Below are positions 13,048 to 23,187 of a DNA stretch of 64,000 bases, one piece after another. Under the pieces are notes generated by a model. It was not told the DNA's origin and searched no databases. It was given only the letters and a program-made list of their open reading frames with translations. A program made the position numbers and the translations under genes. Position 1 is the stretch's first letter. Each line of letters opens with the position of its first letter. Location: positions 768,001-832,000 of the forward strand of contig CAVUZH010000013.1 of assembly GCA_963745835.1 (NCBI GenBank), read 5' to 3'. This stretch comes from an uncultured delta proteobacterium (GTDB taxonomy: Bacteria; Desulfobacterota; Binatia; UBA9968).

Positions 13048-14592
13048 TTAAGTATCAATGATCAGCGATTGACCGGTCATTTCTGAAGGTTGGGGCAGTT
13101 CAAGGAGCTGCAACACTGTAGGCGCTACGTCGATCGCCGTTCCTTCCTTGAGACGACTTCGTTTGCGTTCCTCATCGACTAGGATAACCGGCACCCGGTT
13201 GATCGTGTGAGCGGTGTGCGGCATCCCTGTATCGTAGTCGATTAGCTGCTCGATGTTGCCGTGATCTGCGGTGATAACGACTCTCCCCTTCTGGCTCAGC
13301 GCCGCGTCCACTACTTTACCGAGGCATTCGTCGATGACCTCGCAGGCTTTTACCGAAGCCTCGAAATTACCGGTGTGTCCTACCATATCGGCATTGGCAA
13401 AATTGGCAATCACTAGGTTGATATGTTCCTCGGAAAACTTCTTCACCAGAGCCTCAGTAACCTGACGGGCACTCATCTCAGGTTTAAACTCATACGTCGG
13501 GACATCTTTCGGCGAGGGAATCAGAATGCGTTGTTCGCCGGGGAATTCTTTTTCTTCGCCGCCATTGAAGAAGTACGTCACGTGGGCGTATTTCTCTGTT
13601 TCGGCGATCCGTAGCTGCTTGAGCCCGTGCTGGCTGGCAACCTCGCCGAGAATCTTTCGCAATTCTCGGGGTGGATACGCTACCGGCACCCTGAACGTCT
13701 CGTCGTATTGGGTCATGGTTGTGTACGTCACCAGTTTCAGAGGGCGCGTGCGGGGGAATTCCTTGAAATCAGCATCGATCAGCGCCCGGGTGAGCTCACG
13801 TGCGCGATCGGCGCGGAAATTGAAGAATATAACGCCGTCGCCGTCCCTGATCAGTCCTTCCGGAACTGCGCTCCGGATCGCCGTGGGTAGAGCGAATTCA
13901 TCGGTCACGCCCTCTTTGTAGCTGTTACGAATAGCGTCCAGCGGCGAATCCGCGAGCTTGCCGTCGCCTTCGGTAAGACAGAGATAAGCCTTTTCTACCC
14001 GGTCCCAACGTTTATCCCGATCCATCGCATAATAACGGCCAATGAGGGTGGCGATCTTTACATCCGGCCATGCTTTCAACTTCTCATTCAGATCAAGAAT
14101 GAACTGCTCGGCGCTGTTGGGCGGTGTGTCGCGTCCGTCAAGAAACAGATGCAGATACACGGGTGCGGCCTTTTCGCGTTGGGCCATCTCGATTAACGCT
14201 TCCATATGGCGCTGGTGGCTGTGAACACCGCCGTCGCCGAGAAGCCCCATCAGGTGGAGCCGGCCACCTGCGGCTTTGGTCGTTCTCAAGGCATTCAAAA
14301 TGATCGGGTTCTTGTCGAAATTGCCTTCGTCGATGTCCTTGTGAATTAGCGTAAGGTCCTGATAAACGATCCGGCCGGCGCCGAGAATCATGTGACCCAC
14401 TTCGGAATTGCCCATCTGGCCGTCGGGAAGCCCCACGTCCAAACCGGACATTGACAGGCTCGAGGTTGGATAGTTGTGTAACAACGAGTCCATGTTGGGC
14501 ATCGACGCGTTGGCGATCGCGTTTCCTTCTTTCTTTGGATTAATTCCAAAGCCGTCCAGCACGACGAGAATAACGGGCTGATTGGTCGCCAC
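13048..14592 (-). CDS. gpmI: 2,3-bisphosphoglycerate-independent phosphoglycerate mutase
   Basis: LDGFG, GQMGNSEVGH, RYYAMDRD, AETEKYAHVT, ADMVGHTG, TADHGN. Confidence 0.97.
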   Translation of the reverse strand: MATNQPVILVVLDGFGINPKKEGNAIANASMPNMDSLLHNYPTSSLSMSGLDVGLPDGQMGNSEVGHMILGAGRIVYQDLTLIHKDIDEGNFDKNPIILNALRTTKAAGGRLHLMGLLGDGGVHSHQRHMEALIEMAQREKAAPVYLHLFLDGRDTPPNSAEQFILDLNEKLKAWPDVKIATLIGRYYAMDRDKRWDRVEKAYLCLTEGDGKLADSPLDAIRNSYKEGVTDEFALPTAIRSAVPEGLIRDGDGVIFFNFRADRARELTRALIDADFKEFPRTRPLKLVTYTTMTQYDETFRVPVAYPPRELRKILGEVASQHGLKQLRIAETEKYAHVTYFFNGGEEKEFPGEQRILIPSPKDVPTYEFKPEMSARQVTEALVKKFSEEHINLVIANFANADMVGHTGNFEASVKACEVIDECLGKVVDAALSQKGRVVITADHGNIEQLIDYDTGMPHTAHTINRVPVILVDEERKRSRLKEGTAIDVAPTVLQLLELPQPSEMTGQSLIIDT

Positions 14593-14663
14593 AATTGTTT
14601 CCTTTCATTCTAACCTGCTACTGCTCGTGATCGCGACTGACAAGCAGGGCGAGCTTCGAAGAG

Positions 14664-15077
14664 TTATGGATGCTGCTCGGCGGCGATTTGAAATTGCTGA
14701 ACCAGAGTTGAGTACGGCTCGGGCAACGGAACCTTCGGCGCGTCGGCCCAGAGTCCGTCCAGGTCATAGAACTCGCGCACAGGTTGATAGAAAACATGAA
14801 CGATCACGTCGGCGAAATCCATTAACACCCAATGGCCTCGGCTTGTACCCTCGATCGAAATAACGGCAATCTCCGCTTCACGCGCGGCCTCTTGAATTCC
14901 CTGGGCAATGCTTTGGACCTGCCTGTCGGATCGGCCTGAACAAATAATGAAATAATCTGCGATCGAAGTGAAGTCTCGGACCTCTAACAGGACAAGTTGC
15001 GATGCCTTCTTATCCAATGCGGCGCCAATCAGCGTCAGGGCTCTTTCAATGGCGCTTTTCTCGGCCGGCTTGTTCAT
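14664..15077 (-). CDS. rsfS: Ribosome silencing factor
   Basis: ADYFIICSGRSDRQV, WVLMDFADVIVHVF, REFYDLDGLW; next to nadD. Confidence 0.95.
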   Translation of the reverse strand: MNKPAEKSAIERALTLIGAALDKKASQLVLLEVRDFTSIADYFIICSGRSDRQVQSIAQGIQEAAREAEIAVISIEGTSRGHWVLMDFADVIVHVFYQPVREFYDLDGLWADAPKVPLPEPYSTLVQQFQIAAEQHP

Positions 15078-15726
15078 TTTTTCTTTTGTAGAGCCCGTGA
15101 TTTTTGATGTAAGCCTCGACGCTGGAAGGCATCAGATAGCGGATTGATTTACCGCGCCGTACCCGTTCTCGAATATCCGATGCTGAAACGGCAAAGTCAG
15201 TGAGTTTTAAAAAATGCAGCGACGTACCACACCTATGCGTGTAGATCTTTCTCTTAAAATCATAACAAAACAGCCTACGCACGGCAATGGAAGTTCCCCG
15301 TAGCGGACTGGCATAACCGTTGCCTGGTCGCGACGTTACAATAAAATTACAGAGAGGAAAAATCTGCGCGAAATTCTTCCAGGTGCCGATCTCGGCAAAT
15401 GCATCCAGGCCGATAATAAAATAGAGCGCGGCACCCTTGCATTGATTTTCCGCGAAATGACGAATCGTGTCGATCGAGTACGAAACGCCCGGTCTTGCAA
15501 TCTCGACGGTCGAAACCGTGAAGCGGGAATTTTTGGCCACGCCCAAACGGACCATCTCGAGCCGATCGCGCGCTGGAGTCCGGGTTTGCCCTCTCTTGTG
15601 CGGTGGAATCGAAGCAGGAATAAAATAAACGCGGTCGAGATCGAAGGCTTCTCTGACCTCCTCCGCGCTCCGCAGATGGCCCCAATGGATCGGATCGAAG
15701 GTGCCGCCGAAGAGGCCGATCCTCAT
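15046..15726 (-). CDS. nadD: Nicotinate-nucleotide adenylyltransferase
   Basis: FGGTFDPIHWGH, PPHK, SYSIDT, SASDIR. Confidence 0.95.
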   Translation of the reverse strand: MRIGLFGGTFDPIHWGHLRSAEEVREAFDLDRVYFIPASIPPHKRGQTRTPARDRLEMVRLGVAKNSRFTVSTVEIARPGVSYSIDTIRHFAENQCKGAALYFIIGLDAFAEIGTWKNFAQIFPLCNFIVTSRPGNGYASPLRGTSIAVRRLFCYDFKRKIYTHRCGTSLHFLKLTDFAVSASDIRERVRRGKSIRYLMPSSVEAYIKNHGLYKRKNEQAGREKRH

Positions 15727-15865
15727 GGAAATTCGATATCGCCTTTCCCGGAACCGACCGAAGGAATCAAATCTACAAACCGCGCAAGGATTTGGCAAAT
15801 AAAGGCGTATCGGTGACTGACTTCCAAGAATCCATTTAGCGCGGAACTAGGCAAGTGGATGATAT

Positions 15866-17146
15866 TCATTCGCGAACCTGTCCGTCGCCGAATACAATAA
15901 ACTTGGTTGTCGTCAGTTCCTCTAAACCCATCGGACCGAACGCATGAATCTTGCTCGTACTGATGCCAATCTCGGCGCCGAGTCCAAGCTCTCCGCCATC
16001 ATTGAAGCGGGTCGAGGCATTGACCATCACGGCCGAAGAGTTGACCCGCTCGATAAACTCTTTGGATCTTCGATAATCCGTCGTAATGATGGATTCGGTG
16101 TGTTCCGAGCCGTACTGTTCGATATGAGCGATCGCCTGGTCGATGTCTTTGACCACTCGAACCGCAAGAATTAGATCGAGGTACTCAGTCGTCCAGTCCT
16201 CCTCGTTAGCCTTTTTGATGCCGGGAACCAGCGCACAGGTTTTGTCACAGCCGCGAATCTCTACCCCGGCGTCCCGGTATTTAGCGATAAGCGGCGGCAG
16301 AAATTCTGACGCGATTACTTCGTGCACCAGCAGGGTCTCCATAGCGTTACAAACTGACGGCCTTTGAATCTTGGCGTTCAGGCAAATCCGTTCGGCCATT
16401 TCGAGCTCGGCATCGACATCAACATAGACGTGACAAACGCCTTTGTAATGTTTGATGACCGGCACCTTGGAGTTGGCGACAACCGCGCGAATCAGTTCCT
16501 CGCCACCACGCGGGATAATCAGATCGATGTAAGATTCCAATTGCAGCATCTCGTGAACCAACGCACGATCTGTGGATTGGACAACCTGGATCGCATGTTG
16601 CGGCACCGTCGTTTCGGCGCATGCGGCTTGCAGCACCTTGCCAATTGCCTGGTTTGAATGGTGCGCCTCGCTTCCACCTCTCAGGATAACCGCGTTGCCG
16701 GACTTCAAACACAGCGCCGCAGCGTCGGCGGTTACATTGGGGCGGGCCTCGTAGATGATCCCGATGACGCCCAAAGGAATGCGCATCTTTCCGACTTGCA
16801 AGCCGTTGGGGCGGCGCGACATCTTAACTATTTCGCGCACCGGATCCGGCAACGCCGCAATTTCGCGCAGACCTTTGGCCATCGATTGTACGTGGCTCGA
16901 AGTCAGCGCAATTCGATCCAGAACCGCGCCGGTGATCCCTGCTTTCTTTGCAGCATTTAGATCATTCTGATTTTCATCGATTAAAAAAGCGCTTTGAGCC
17001 TCGAGCCCGTCGGCCATGAGTTGCAGGGCCTGATTCTTATCTTCGGAAGAAAGCACCGCGAGGCGACGCGCCGCAGCCTTGGCTTGCCTGCCCAGCTGAA
17101 TCGCTTGTTCGGTGAATGATGCGTCCGGCAATTTGTCTATGTTCAC
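15866..17146 (-). CDS. proA: Gamma-glutamyl phosphate reductase
   Basis: PLGVIGIIYEARPNVT, CNAMETLLVH, NASTRFNDG, GPMGLEELT. Confidence 0.97.
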   Translation of the reverse strand: MNIDKLPDASFTEQAIQLGRQAKAAARRLAVLSSEDKNQALQLMADGLEAQSAFLIDENQNDLNAAKKAGITGAVLDRIALTSSHVQSMAKGLREIAALPDPVREIVKMSRRPNGLQVGKMRIPLGVIGIIYEARPNVTADAAALCLKSGNAVILRGGSEAHHSNQAIGKVLQAACAETTVPQHAIQVVQSTDRALVHEMLQLESYIDLIIPRGGEELIRAVVANSKVPVIKHYKGVCHVYVDVDAELEMAERICLNAKIQRPSVCNAMETLLVHEVIASEFLPPLIAKYRDAGVEIRGCDKTCALVPGIKKANEEDWTTEYLDLILAVRVVKDIDQAIAHIEQYGSEHTESIITTDYRRSKEFIERVNSSAVMVNASTRFNDGGELGLGAEIGISTSKIHAFGPMGLEELTTTKFIVFGDGQVRE

Positions 17147-18279
17147 AGCAACACCAAATCGTCGCGGTGGATAATCTCGTCGAATGGCTTGTAGCCGAGA
17201 GCTTGTTCAATCCTGCTTGTATGCAATCCTTTGATTTGATTCAACTCCAGCGCGCTATAGTTGATCAAACCGCGGGCAAACTCCCGCCCATCCACATCCA
17301 AGCAGCGTACGCACTCACCAACCCCAAAAGAGCCGCGCACCTCTCTCACTCCGGAAGGCAGCAGACTGGTTTTCTTTCGCACCAGAGCTTCGTGAGCTCC
17401 CGAATCCACAACCACCTCACCTGCGGGCTTTAGGTTGAACGCGATCCAATGTTTGCGATTGGTCAACCGGTTAGTATCCGGAAGTATTAGGGTTCCGACT
17501 TCTTCATTGCGATCGAACACGCGCGGAATCGTACCCGCCACCAGTCCGCTGGTTATCACAGTGGGGATGCCGGCCGCAGCTGCTTCTTCGGCGGCGGCGA
17601 TTTTGGTCGCCATGCCGCCGGTACCAAAGATACTTCGGCTAGAGCCGATCACTTTTAATCTAATTTCTTTGATGTCTTGAATCAGCGGAACGATAATCGC
17701 ATTTGAGTCTAGACGCGGATCGCGGTCGTAGACGCCTGCGACGTCGCTTAAAATCAGCAATAGATCGGCTTCCAGCAGAGTCGCCACCAGCGCCGAGAGA
17801 TGGTCATTGTCGCCAAACTTCATTTCCTCGATGGCAACGGTATCGTTTTCATTGACGATCGAAATGATCGACGATGCCAGCAACATCTGAAAGGTATGTT
17901 TGGCGTTAAGATAACGTTGGCGGTTGGCAAGATCTTCGTGGGTGAGCAGAACCTGCGCGACGTTCTTGCCGAACTTGGCAAAGGCGCGCTCGTATAGCGC
18001 CATCAATCTGATTTGGCCGACAGCCGCGAGCGCCTGTTTTTCGGGAATGCTCTGCGGCCGCTCTCTACGACCGAGTCGAGTCATGCCGGCTGCCACCGCG
18101 CCGGAACTGACCACGACGATTTCTTTGCCTTGATCGTGCAGCGCCGCCAGCTCAAATACCAGGGCCTCAAGCCGGGCTTCCTCTATGCCGGTTGAGGAAG
18201 AAAGAATCTGGCTGCCGATCTTGATCACAACGCGGCGCGCCCGGCGCAAAATTGATTTCTTATGATCGCGCTGCGTCAC
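17143..18279 (-). CDS. proB: Glutamate 5-kinase
   Basis: VIKIGS, SSGAVAAG, NENDTV, FGDNDHLS, GTGGMATK, C-terminal PUA domain; GTG start estimated. Confidence 0.96.
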   Translation of the reverse strand: MTQRDHKKSILRRARRVVIKIGSQILSSSTGIEEARLEALVFELAALHDQGKEIVVVSSGAVAAGMTRLGRRERPQSIPEKQALAAVGQIRLMALYERAFAKFGKNVAQVLLTHEDLANRQRYLNAKHTFQMLLASSIISIVNENDTVAIEEMKFGDNDHLSALVATLLEADLLLILSDVAGVYDRDPRLDSNAIIVPLIQDIKEIRLKVIGSSRSIFGTGGMATKIAAAEEAAAAGIPTVITSGLVAGTIPRVFDRNEEVGTLILPDTNRLTNRKHWIAFNLKPAGEVVVDSGAHEALVRKKTSLLPSGVREVRGSFGVGECVRCLDVDGREFARGLINYSALELNQIKGLHTSRIEQALGYKPFDEIIHRDDLVLL

Positions 18280-19303
18280 CGGCTTCTTCTTCCTTAACGC
18301 GTTTGGCTCGCTCCAGCTGCATGCCAACCTTTTGCACCAGCGCCCTAACCCCCTCACCGGTCACCGCCGAGATCAAATGCAGTGGCCGATAAGAGTCCGG
18401 CAAGTTTTTTTCGAGAACCATTGCGTTCTCCCTCGCCTCGGGAATATCTATCTTGTTGGCAACGACGATTTGCGGCTTTGTGCCCAACTCCTCATCGAAA
18501 AGCGCTAATTCCCGATTGATGGTGGACCAGTCGGCCAGCGGATCCTTCGGATCGATCCTCGAAGCATCGAGCAGATGAATTAGCACACTTGTGCGTGTTA
18601 CATGCCTCAAAAATTTGTCTCCCAAGCCATGTCCCTGGTGCGCGCCTTCAATCAACCCTGGAATATCGGCCACTACGAAGCTTTTTCCCTCATCGTAGCT
18701 GACTACTCCAAGATTAGGGACCAGGGTGGTAAAGGGGTAGTCGGCAATTTTCGGCCGCACTGCGGAAATAACCGAGATCAAAGTCGACTTACCGGCGTTG
18801 GGGATGCCGATAATTCCAACGTCGGCCAACAGACGCAATTCAATTTCCAATTCGCGATCTTCACCAGGTTCGCCTGGCTGAGCAAACCTCGGGCTACGGT
18901 TGGTCGATGAAACGAAGTGCGCATTGCCTTTGCCGCCTCGCCCGCCGGCGGCGAGCACAACACGGTCGCCGGCCTTATCCAGATCGCCGATCGTCTCGCC
19001 GGTCCTGGCGTCGCGAACGATCGTTCCCACCGGAACTTTAACGATGAAGTCCTCGCCGCGACGCCCATGACAATCGCTGCCCATTCCGTGCTGGCCGCGA
19101 CCGGCCTTACACTCTTTGTGATAGCGGAGATCCAGCAAGGTCGTGAGCTGTGCATCCGCCATCGCGATGACATGGCCACCGGCTCCGCCATTGCCACCGT
19201 CGGGTCCGCCGCGGCTAATGAACTTCTCGCGATGAAAGCTGACGCAACCGCGTCCACCATCGCCGCCAATGACCCGTATCTTTGTCTCGTCTATGAATTT
19301 CAT
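18260..19303 (-). CDS. obgE: GTPase Obg
   Basis: Gly-rich Obg fold, PNAGKST, ADYPFTTL, DIPGLIEGA, NKID. Confidence 0.97.
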   Translation of the reverse strand: MKFIDETKIRVIGGDGGRGCVSFHREKFISRGGPDGGNGGAGGHVIAMADAQLTTLLDLRYHKECKAGRGQHGMGSDCHGRRGEDFIVKVPVGTIVRDARTGETIGDLDKAGDRVVLAAGGRGGKGNAHFVSSTNRSPRFAQPGEPGEDRELEIELRLLADVGIIGIPNAGKSTLISVISAVRPKIADYPFTTLVPNLGVVSYDEGKSFVVADIPGLIEGAHQGHGLGDKFLRHVTRTSVLIHLLDASRIDPKDPLADWSTINRELALFDEELGTKPQIVVANKIDIPEARENAMVLEKNLPDSYRPLHLISAVTGEGVRALVQKVGMQLERAKRVKEEEAGDAARS

Positions 19304-19436
19304 GACCTGAATATACGTGAGCTGCAGGCGCCGACCAGGCGCGGCATAGAGGCGTAGAATAGATTACTGGATCACGTATGTTTTTCGAATACTTTACCCA
19401 TTCTCAAGTCGCCGCGCCACGCTGATATTATCGGCC

Positions 19437-19462
19437 AAAAAAAAAGCCCCTTTCGGGGCTTT
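19437..19462 (-). terminator. Rho-independent terminator after rpmA
   Basis: AAAGCCCC-tttc-GGGGCTTT hairpin with an A9 run on + (U tail on -). Confidence 0.85.
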
Positions 19463-19483
19463 AGAGTCAAGGCAGGCGAATTC

Positions 19484-19741
19484 CTACTGAGCAGGCAGCA
19501 CGTTTACTCGTTTGCGCGACCGATCCAATCGGTCGAAGTTCACCACGCCATCGATTAGCGCAAATAGAGTGAAGTCACGACCCATGCCCACGTTTCGGCC
19601 GGGGTGAATGCGCGTCCCAAGTTGGCGGATGATAATATTACCTGCGCGCACAGTTTCACCGCCAAAGACTTTTACGCCGCGCCGTTGTCCCTTACTGTCG
19701 CGCCCGTTACGGGAGCTCCCGCCAGCTTTTTTATGTGCCAT
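19484..19741 (-). CDS. rpmA: 50S ribosomal protein L27
   Basis: [16 protein letters not shown]. Confidence 0.98.
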   Translation of the reverse strand: MAHKKAGGSSRNGRDSKGQRRGVKVFGGETVRAGNIIIRQLGTRIHPGRNVGMGRDFTLFALIDGVVNFDRLDRSRKRVNVLPAQ

Positions 19742-19756
19742 ATCCGTTCCTATTTT

Positions 19757-20071
19757 CTAACCATCAATTCCGGTGATCTTGAGAGTAGTCTGGTGTTGCC
19801 GATGACCTCGTTGACGACTATAGCTCTTACGCCTTTTCTTCTTAAAAACCAGCACCTTCTTCGCTTTGGCCTGGCTGACAATCTCGCCGGTTACAGAGGC
19901 GTTCTCCACCAACGGCGAGCCGATTTTGGCATCGCCATTACCGCCGATGAATAAAACCTCAGCCAGGGTTATCTTTTCGCCTACCTCGCCGGTAAGCTTC
20001 TCGATTCTTACGAGATCCCCTTCAGAAACCCGGTACTGCTTTCCACCAGTTTTAATTACTGCATATTTCAT
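19757..20071 (-). CDS. rplU: 50S ribosomal protein L21
   Basis: [17 protein letters not shown]. Confidence 0.98.
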   Translation of the reverse strand: MKYAVIKTGGKQYRVSEGDLVRIEKLTGEVGEKITLAEVLFIGGNGDAKIGSPLVENASVTGEIVSQAKAKKVLVFKKKRRKSYSRQRGHRQHQTTLKITGIDG

Positions 20072-20188
20072 GGTTTTTCCCGAATCGTGTTTCTAGCGGA
20101 GATTCCGGCCAAAGTCAACAATATCGGGCCACGAAGACACCTCTCCTAACTCCTGAGACAACCAATGCCAAAAAATTTTAAGACGTAG

Positions 20189-20246
20189 TTGACAACGGCT
20201 CGACAGTTAAATATACATCGTAATACGATAGTATCGTGACACGATA
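20189..20246 (+). promoter_or_regulatory. Promoter region with two tandem ATCGT-N3-ACGAT inverted repeats (likely MarR operator)
   Basis: TTGACA at 20189-20194; ATCGTAATACGAT 20217-20229 and ATCGTGACACGAT 20233-20245 just upstream of the MarR gene. Confidence 0.7.
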
Positions 20247-20266
20247 TTGTTTGATGATGGTGACCG

Positions 20267-20746
20267 GTGCCCGACTTCAAATCAATGGCCGAACTACGTT
20301 ACCAAATACGTAGGTTCCTCAGATTTAGCGAAAATGCCGCGCGCCAAGCGGGTATCGAGCCGCAGCAACACCAGTTGCTCTTGGCTATTAGGGGATTACC
20401 GCACGGTGCAAGTCCGACAATTGGAGTACTAGCCGAAAGAATGCAGCTGCAGCACCATAGCACGGTCGAGCTGGTAGACCGGCTGGTAGACCGAAACTTC
20501 TTATGTCGATTGCGCTCGACCAACGACCGGCGACAGGTGTTGGTCAAGCTAACCCACGATGGAGAGGAATTTCTGGAGAAGCTTTCGCTGCACCACTTGG
20601 AAGAACTTCAGTCAGCCGGACCAACCTTCGTGAAGGTCCTCAACAGCCTGATCGGCGCCAGCCACACTGACAAACCCGACTCCGCCTCTGAAGTAGTCAA
20701 GGAAACCGTGACCCATAAACCGCGAAAGGATAGAAACCATGGCTGA
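20267..20746 (+). CDS. MarR family transcriptional regulator
   Basis: QQHQLLLAI, LAERMQLQHHSTVELVDRL, DRRQVLVKLT. Confidence 0.92.
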   Translation: MPDFKSMAELRYQIRRFLRFSENAARQAGIEPQQHQLLLAIRGLPHGASPTIGVLAERMQLQHHSTVELVDRLVDRNFLCRLRSTNDRRQVLVKLTHDGEEFLEKLSLHHLEELQSAGPTFVKVLNSLIGASHTDKPDSASEVVKETVTHKPRKDRNHG

Positions 20747-21587
20747 TCAATCGGCTGAAGAACTATTGCTTGACGTAAGGGTTGCCGAAGCGTCGAAATT
20801 CTACAAGTTCTATTTAAATAATGAGCAGAAAATCCTTGGCACAGCAGGTGTGGTGACCTTCTTACTGGCCTGGGAACTCGTTGGAAATGTTTTTCAATTG
20901 ATCAATCCCATGTTTATGAGCGCGCCTTCGCTGATCTTCAAGGCCGCTATCGACATGTTTTCCTCTGGCGAGATATACAACGATCTCTATGTCAGCGGTA
21001 TCGAGCTCTTCTGGGGATATCTTCTCTCAGCTCTGGTCGCCGTCCCATTTGGTATCATGGTCGGCTGGTATAAGAGGGCGAGCTACATCTTCGACCCTTT
21101 CATCAACGCCATGAACGCGACGCCCCGCGTGGCGCTTTTGCCTCTGGTGATTATCTGGTTAGGCATCGGCATACTTTCGAAGGTCGGCATCATCTTTCTC
21201 GGCGCCGTTTTCCCGATCTTGATCAATACCCGCGATGGAGTCAAAACCACGCCGTATAACCTTCTCACTGCGGCGCGGAGCTTTGGCGCGTCGGAGTGGC
21301 TGCTCTTCAAGACGGTGGTGCTGCCTTCGACAATCCCATTTATACTTACCGGCATGCGACTTGGGCTGGGTCGGGCCATCGTCGGGGTCATGGTCGGCGA
21401 GCTTTACGCGGCTACCGCAGGCATTGGTTTCATGATCACGGTAGCCGGCGCTACTTTCCAGACCGATAAGGTCTTCGTCGGTGTGCTGATCTTCGCTTTG
21501 ACCGGTATGATCGGTATGGAGGTACTTACCCGAGTCGAGCGGCGCTTCGACAAGTGGCGCCCCAAAGTGGGTGCGCAGGAGATCTAG
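20739..21587 (+). CDS. ABC transporter permease (TauC/SsuC/NitT type)
   Basis: Several TM helices, PRVALLPLVIIWLG, AARSFGAS (EAA-like loop), GELYAA. Confidence 0.92.
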   Translation: MADQSAEELLLDVRVAEASKFYKFYLNNEQKILGTAGVVTFLLAWELVGNVFQLINPMFMSAPSLIFKAAIDMFSSGEIYNDLYVSGIELFWGYLLSALVAVPFGIMVGWYKRASYIFDPFINAMNATPRVALLPLVIIWLGIGILSKVGIIFLGAVFPILINTRDGVKTTPYNLLTAARSFGASEWLLFKTVVLPSTIPFILTGMRLGLGRAIVGVMVGELYAATAGIGFMITVAGATFQTDKVFVGVLIFALTGMIGMEVLTRVERRFDKWRPKVGAQEI

Positions 21588-21621
21588 ATCCGAACCTCTA
21601 GGTAGCTTGTTCGCGCACTTC

Positions 21622-21654
21622 AAAGAGCCCCTCTGACGAGGGGCTCTTTTTTTT
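21622..21654 (+). terminator. Rho-independent terminator
   Basis: AAAGAGCCCCTC-tgac-GAGGGGCTC followed by T8. Confidence 0.9.
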
Positions 21655-21748
21655 AACATTCGTCTATCCCGGTCCGCCAGCCTCTTGATGCCCCTCCTGC
21701 TGTTTGCCATTGTGAAGTCTAGATTTTCTGACTCACGAAAGGACCTAA

Positions 21749-22345
21749 ATGCATATTCATACACCAGGCTGGTACTTTCTTCGCCCGTATGTGGTCGTTT
21801 TAATACTAACTGCGACCGGGTGCGGTTATAACACCCTCCAGAGCCTGGATGAAGAAGTGAAAGGCGCCTGGGGAGAAGTTCAGAATCAGTACCAGCGTCG
21901 CGCCGATCTCGTGCCTAACTTAGTCGCGACGGTTAAAGGCGCGGCGAAGTTTGAACAGGAAACCCTGACACAGGTGATCGAAGCCCGCAGTAATGCAACG
22001 GCAACCAAGATCGATCCCGAATCGCTCAACAATCCTGAAGCATTTAAAAAGTTTGAGCAGGCACAGAGCCAGCTCTCCAGCGCTTTATCCCGTTTGCTCG
22101 TGGTGGTGGAACGATATCCGGAGCTGAAGGCAAATCAAAATTTCCAAAACTTGCAAGCACAGCTGGAAGGCACCGAAAACCGGATTGCAGTAGCTCGCAA
22201 GCGCTATGTCGAACGAGTGGCTCAGTACAACACTACTGTGCGCTCGTTTCCAACTAATCTCACGGCAAAGTTCTTGGGCTTAGAAGTTCGGCCGTCGTTC
22301 AGCGCCGATGAAGCCTCGCAGAGGCCGCCACAGGTAAAATTCTAG
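21749..22345 (+). CDS. lemA: LemA family protein (lipoprotein type)
   Basis: TGCGYN lipobox-like, YQRRADLVPNLV, YPELKAN, LEGTENRI. Confidence 0.93.
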   Translation: MHIHTPGWYFLRPYVVVLILTATGCGYNTLQSLDEEVKGAWGEVQNQYQRRADLVPNLVATVKGAAKFEQETLTQVIEARSNATATKIDPESLNNPEAFKKFEQAQSQLSSALSRLLVVVERYPELKANQNFQNLQAQLEGTENRIAVARKRYVERVAQYNTTVRSFPTNLTAKFLGLEVRPSFSADEASQRPPQVKF

Positions 22346-22365
22346 CCGTCAGGGCGATCAATACC

Positions 22366-23184
22366 TTGCGCGAATCTCCTCATGCCCGGATTGCGCTGCG
22401 CCGTCACGTCTCGGCGCAGCGTGGTGTTGCTTTTTGCGTCCTCCTGCTTTGCCTGCTATCGGCTCCGGCTTATCCTCTGGATGTGCCGTCGCTGCGCGGG
22501 CGCGTGAACGATTACGCCAAAGTTATTACAACGGATCAAACTCGCAAGTTGGAGGATCAACTTGCGCAATTTGAGCGGGACACGGGTCACCAGGTGGCGA
22601 TTTTAACAGTACCCTCGTTAGAGGGTGACTCGCTCGAAGACTTCAGTATCCGCGTTGCCGAGAGTTGGAAAATCGGCAAGAAAGGCTTCGACAACGGTGT
22701 CATTCTGATAGTCGTGCCGAAGGATCGGCGTTTGCGCCTGGAGGTCGGATACGGCCTGGAAGGCATTTTGCCCGATGCCGTAGCGAACCAAATCATCAGT
22801 CAGTACATCATTCCACGTTTCCGCGCCGGTGATTTCTCGAGCGGCATTGTCGCAGGTATCGACGCTGTGCTGAGAGTGATCAAGAGGGAACCGCTTCCGG
22901 AGACCGCCCGGCAGAAACCCGCCAATCCATCGGGATCAGGGTTCGGTTCACTCACTGGCTTGGTACTGCTCTTGGGGCTTATAGCCGTCATGTCGATGGC
23001 CTCTAATTCAAACCGCCGAAGGAAAGGCATATGGGCGACCCGCGGCAGGCACTATCCGCCGATTTTCTGGGGTGGCGGTGGTTTCGGCGGGGGTGGATTC
23101 GGCGGCGGCGGAGGCTTTGGTGGCGGCGGTTTCGGTGGCGGTGGCGGCGGCTTTGGCGGTGGCGGAGCTTCCGGCAGTTGGTGA
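22366..23184 (+). CDS. TPM domain protein (YgcG family) with Gly-rich tail
   Basis: GRVNDYA, WKIGKKGFDNGV, EVGYGLEG, (GGGGF)n...GGASGSW; start uncertain. Confidence 0.9.
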   Translation: MRESPHARIALRRHVSAQRGVAFCVLLLCLLSAPAYPLDVPSLRGRVNDYAKVITTDQTRKLEDQLAQFERDTGHQVAILTVPSLEGDSLEDFSIRVAESWKIGKKGFDNGVILIVVPKDRRLRLEVGYGLEGILPDAVANQIISQYIIPRFRAGDFSSGIVAGIDAVLRVIKREPLPETARQKPANPSGSGFGSLTGLVLLLGLIAVMSMASNSNRRRKGIWATRGRHYPPIFWGGGGFGGGGFGGGGGFGGGGFGGGGGGFGGGGASGSW

Positions 23185-23187
23185 TGG

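Noticed and set aside
23070-23180. GGC/GGT-rich low-complexity repeat
   Set aside because: Encodes the ordinary (GGGGF)n tail of TPM/YgcG proteins.
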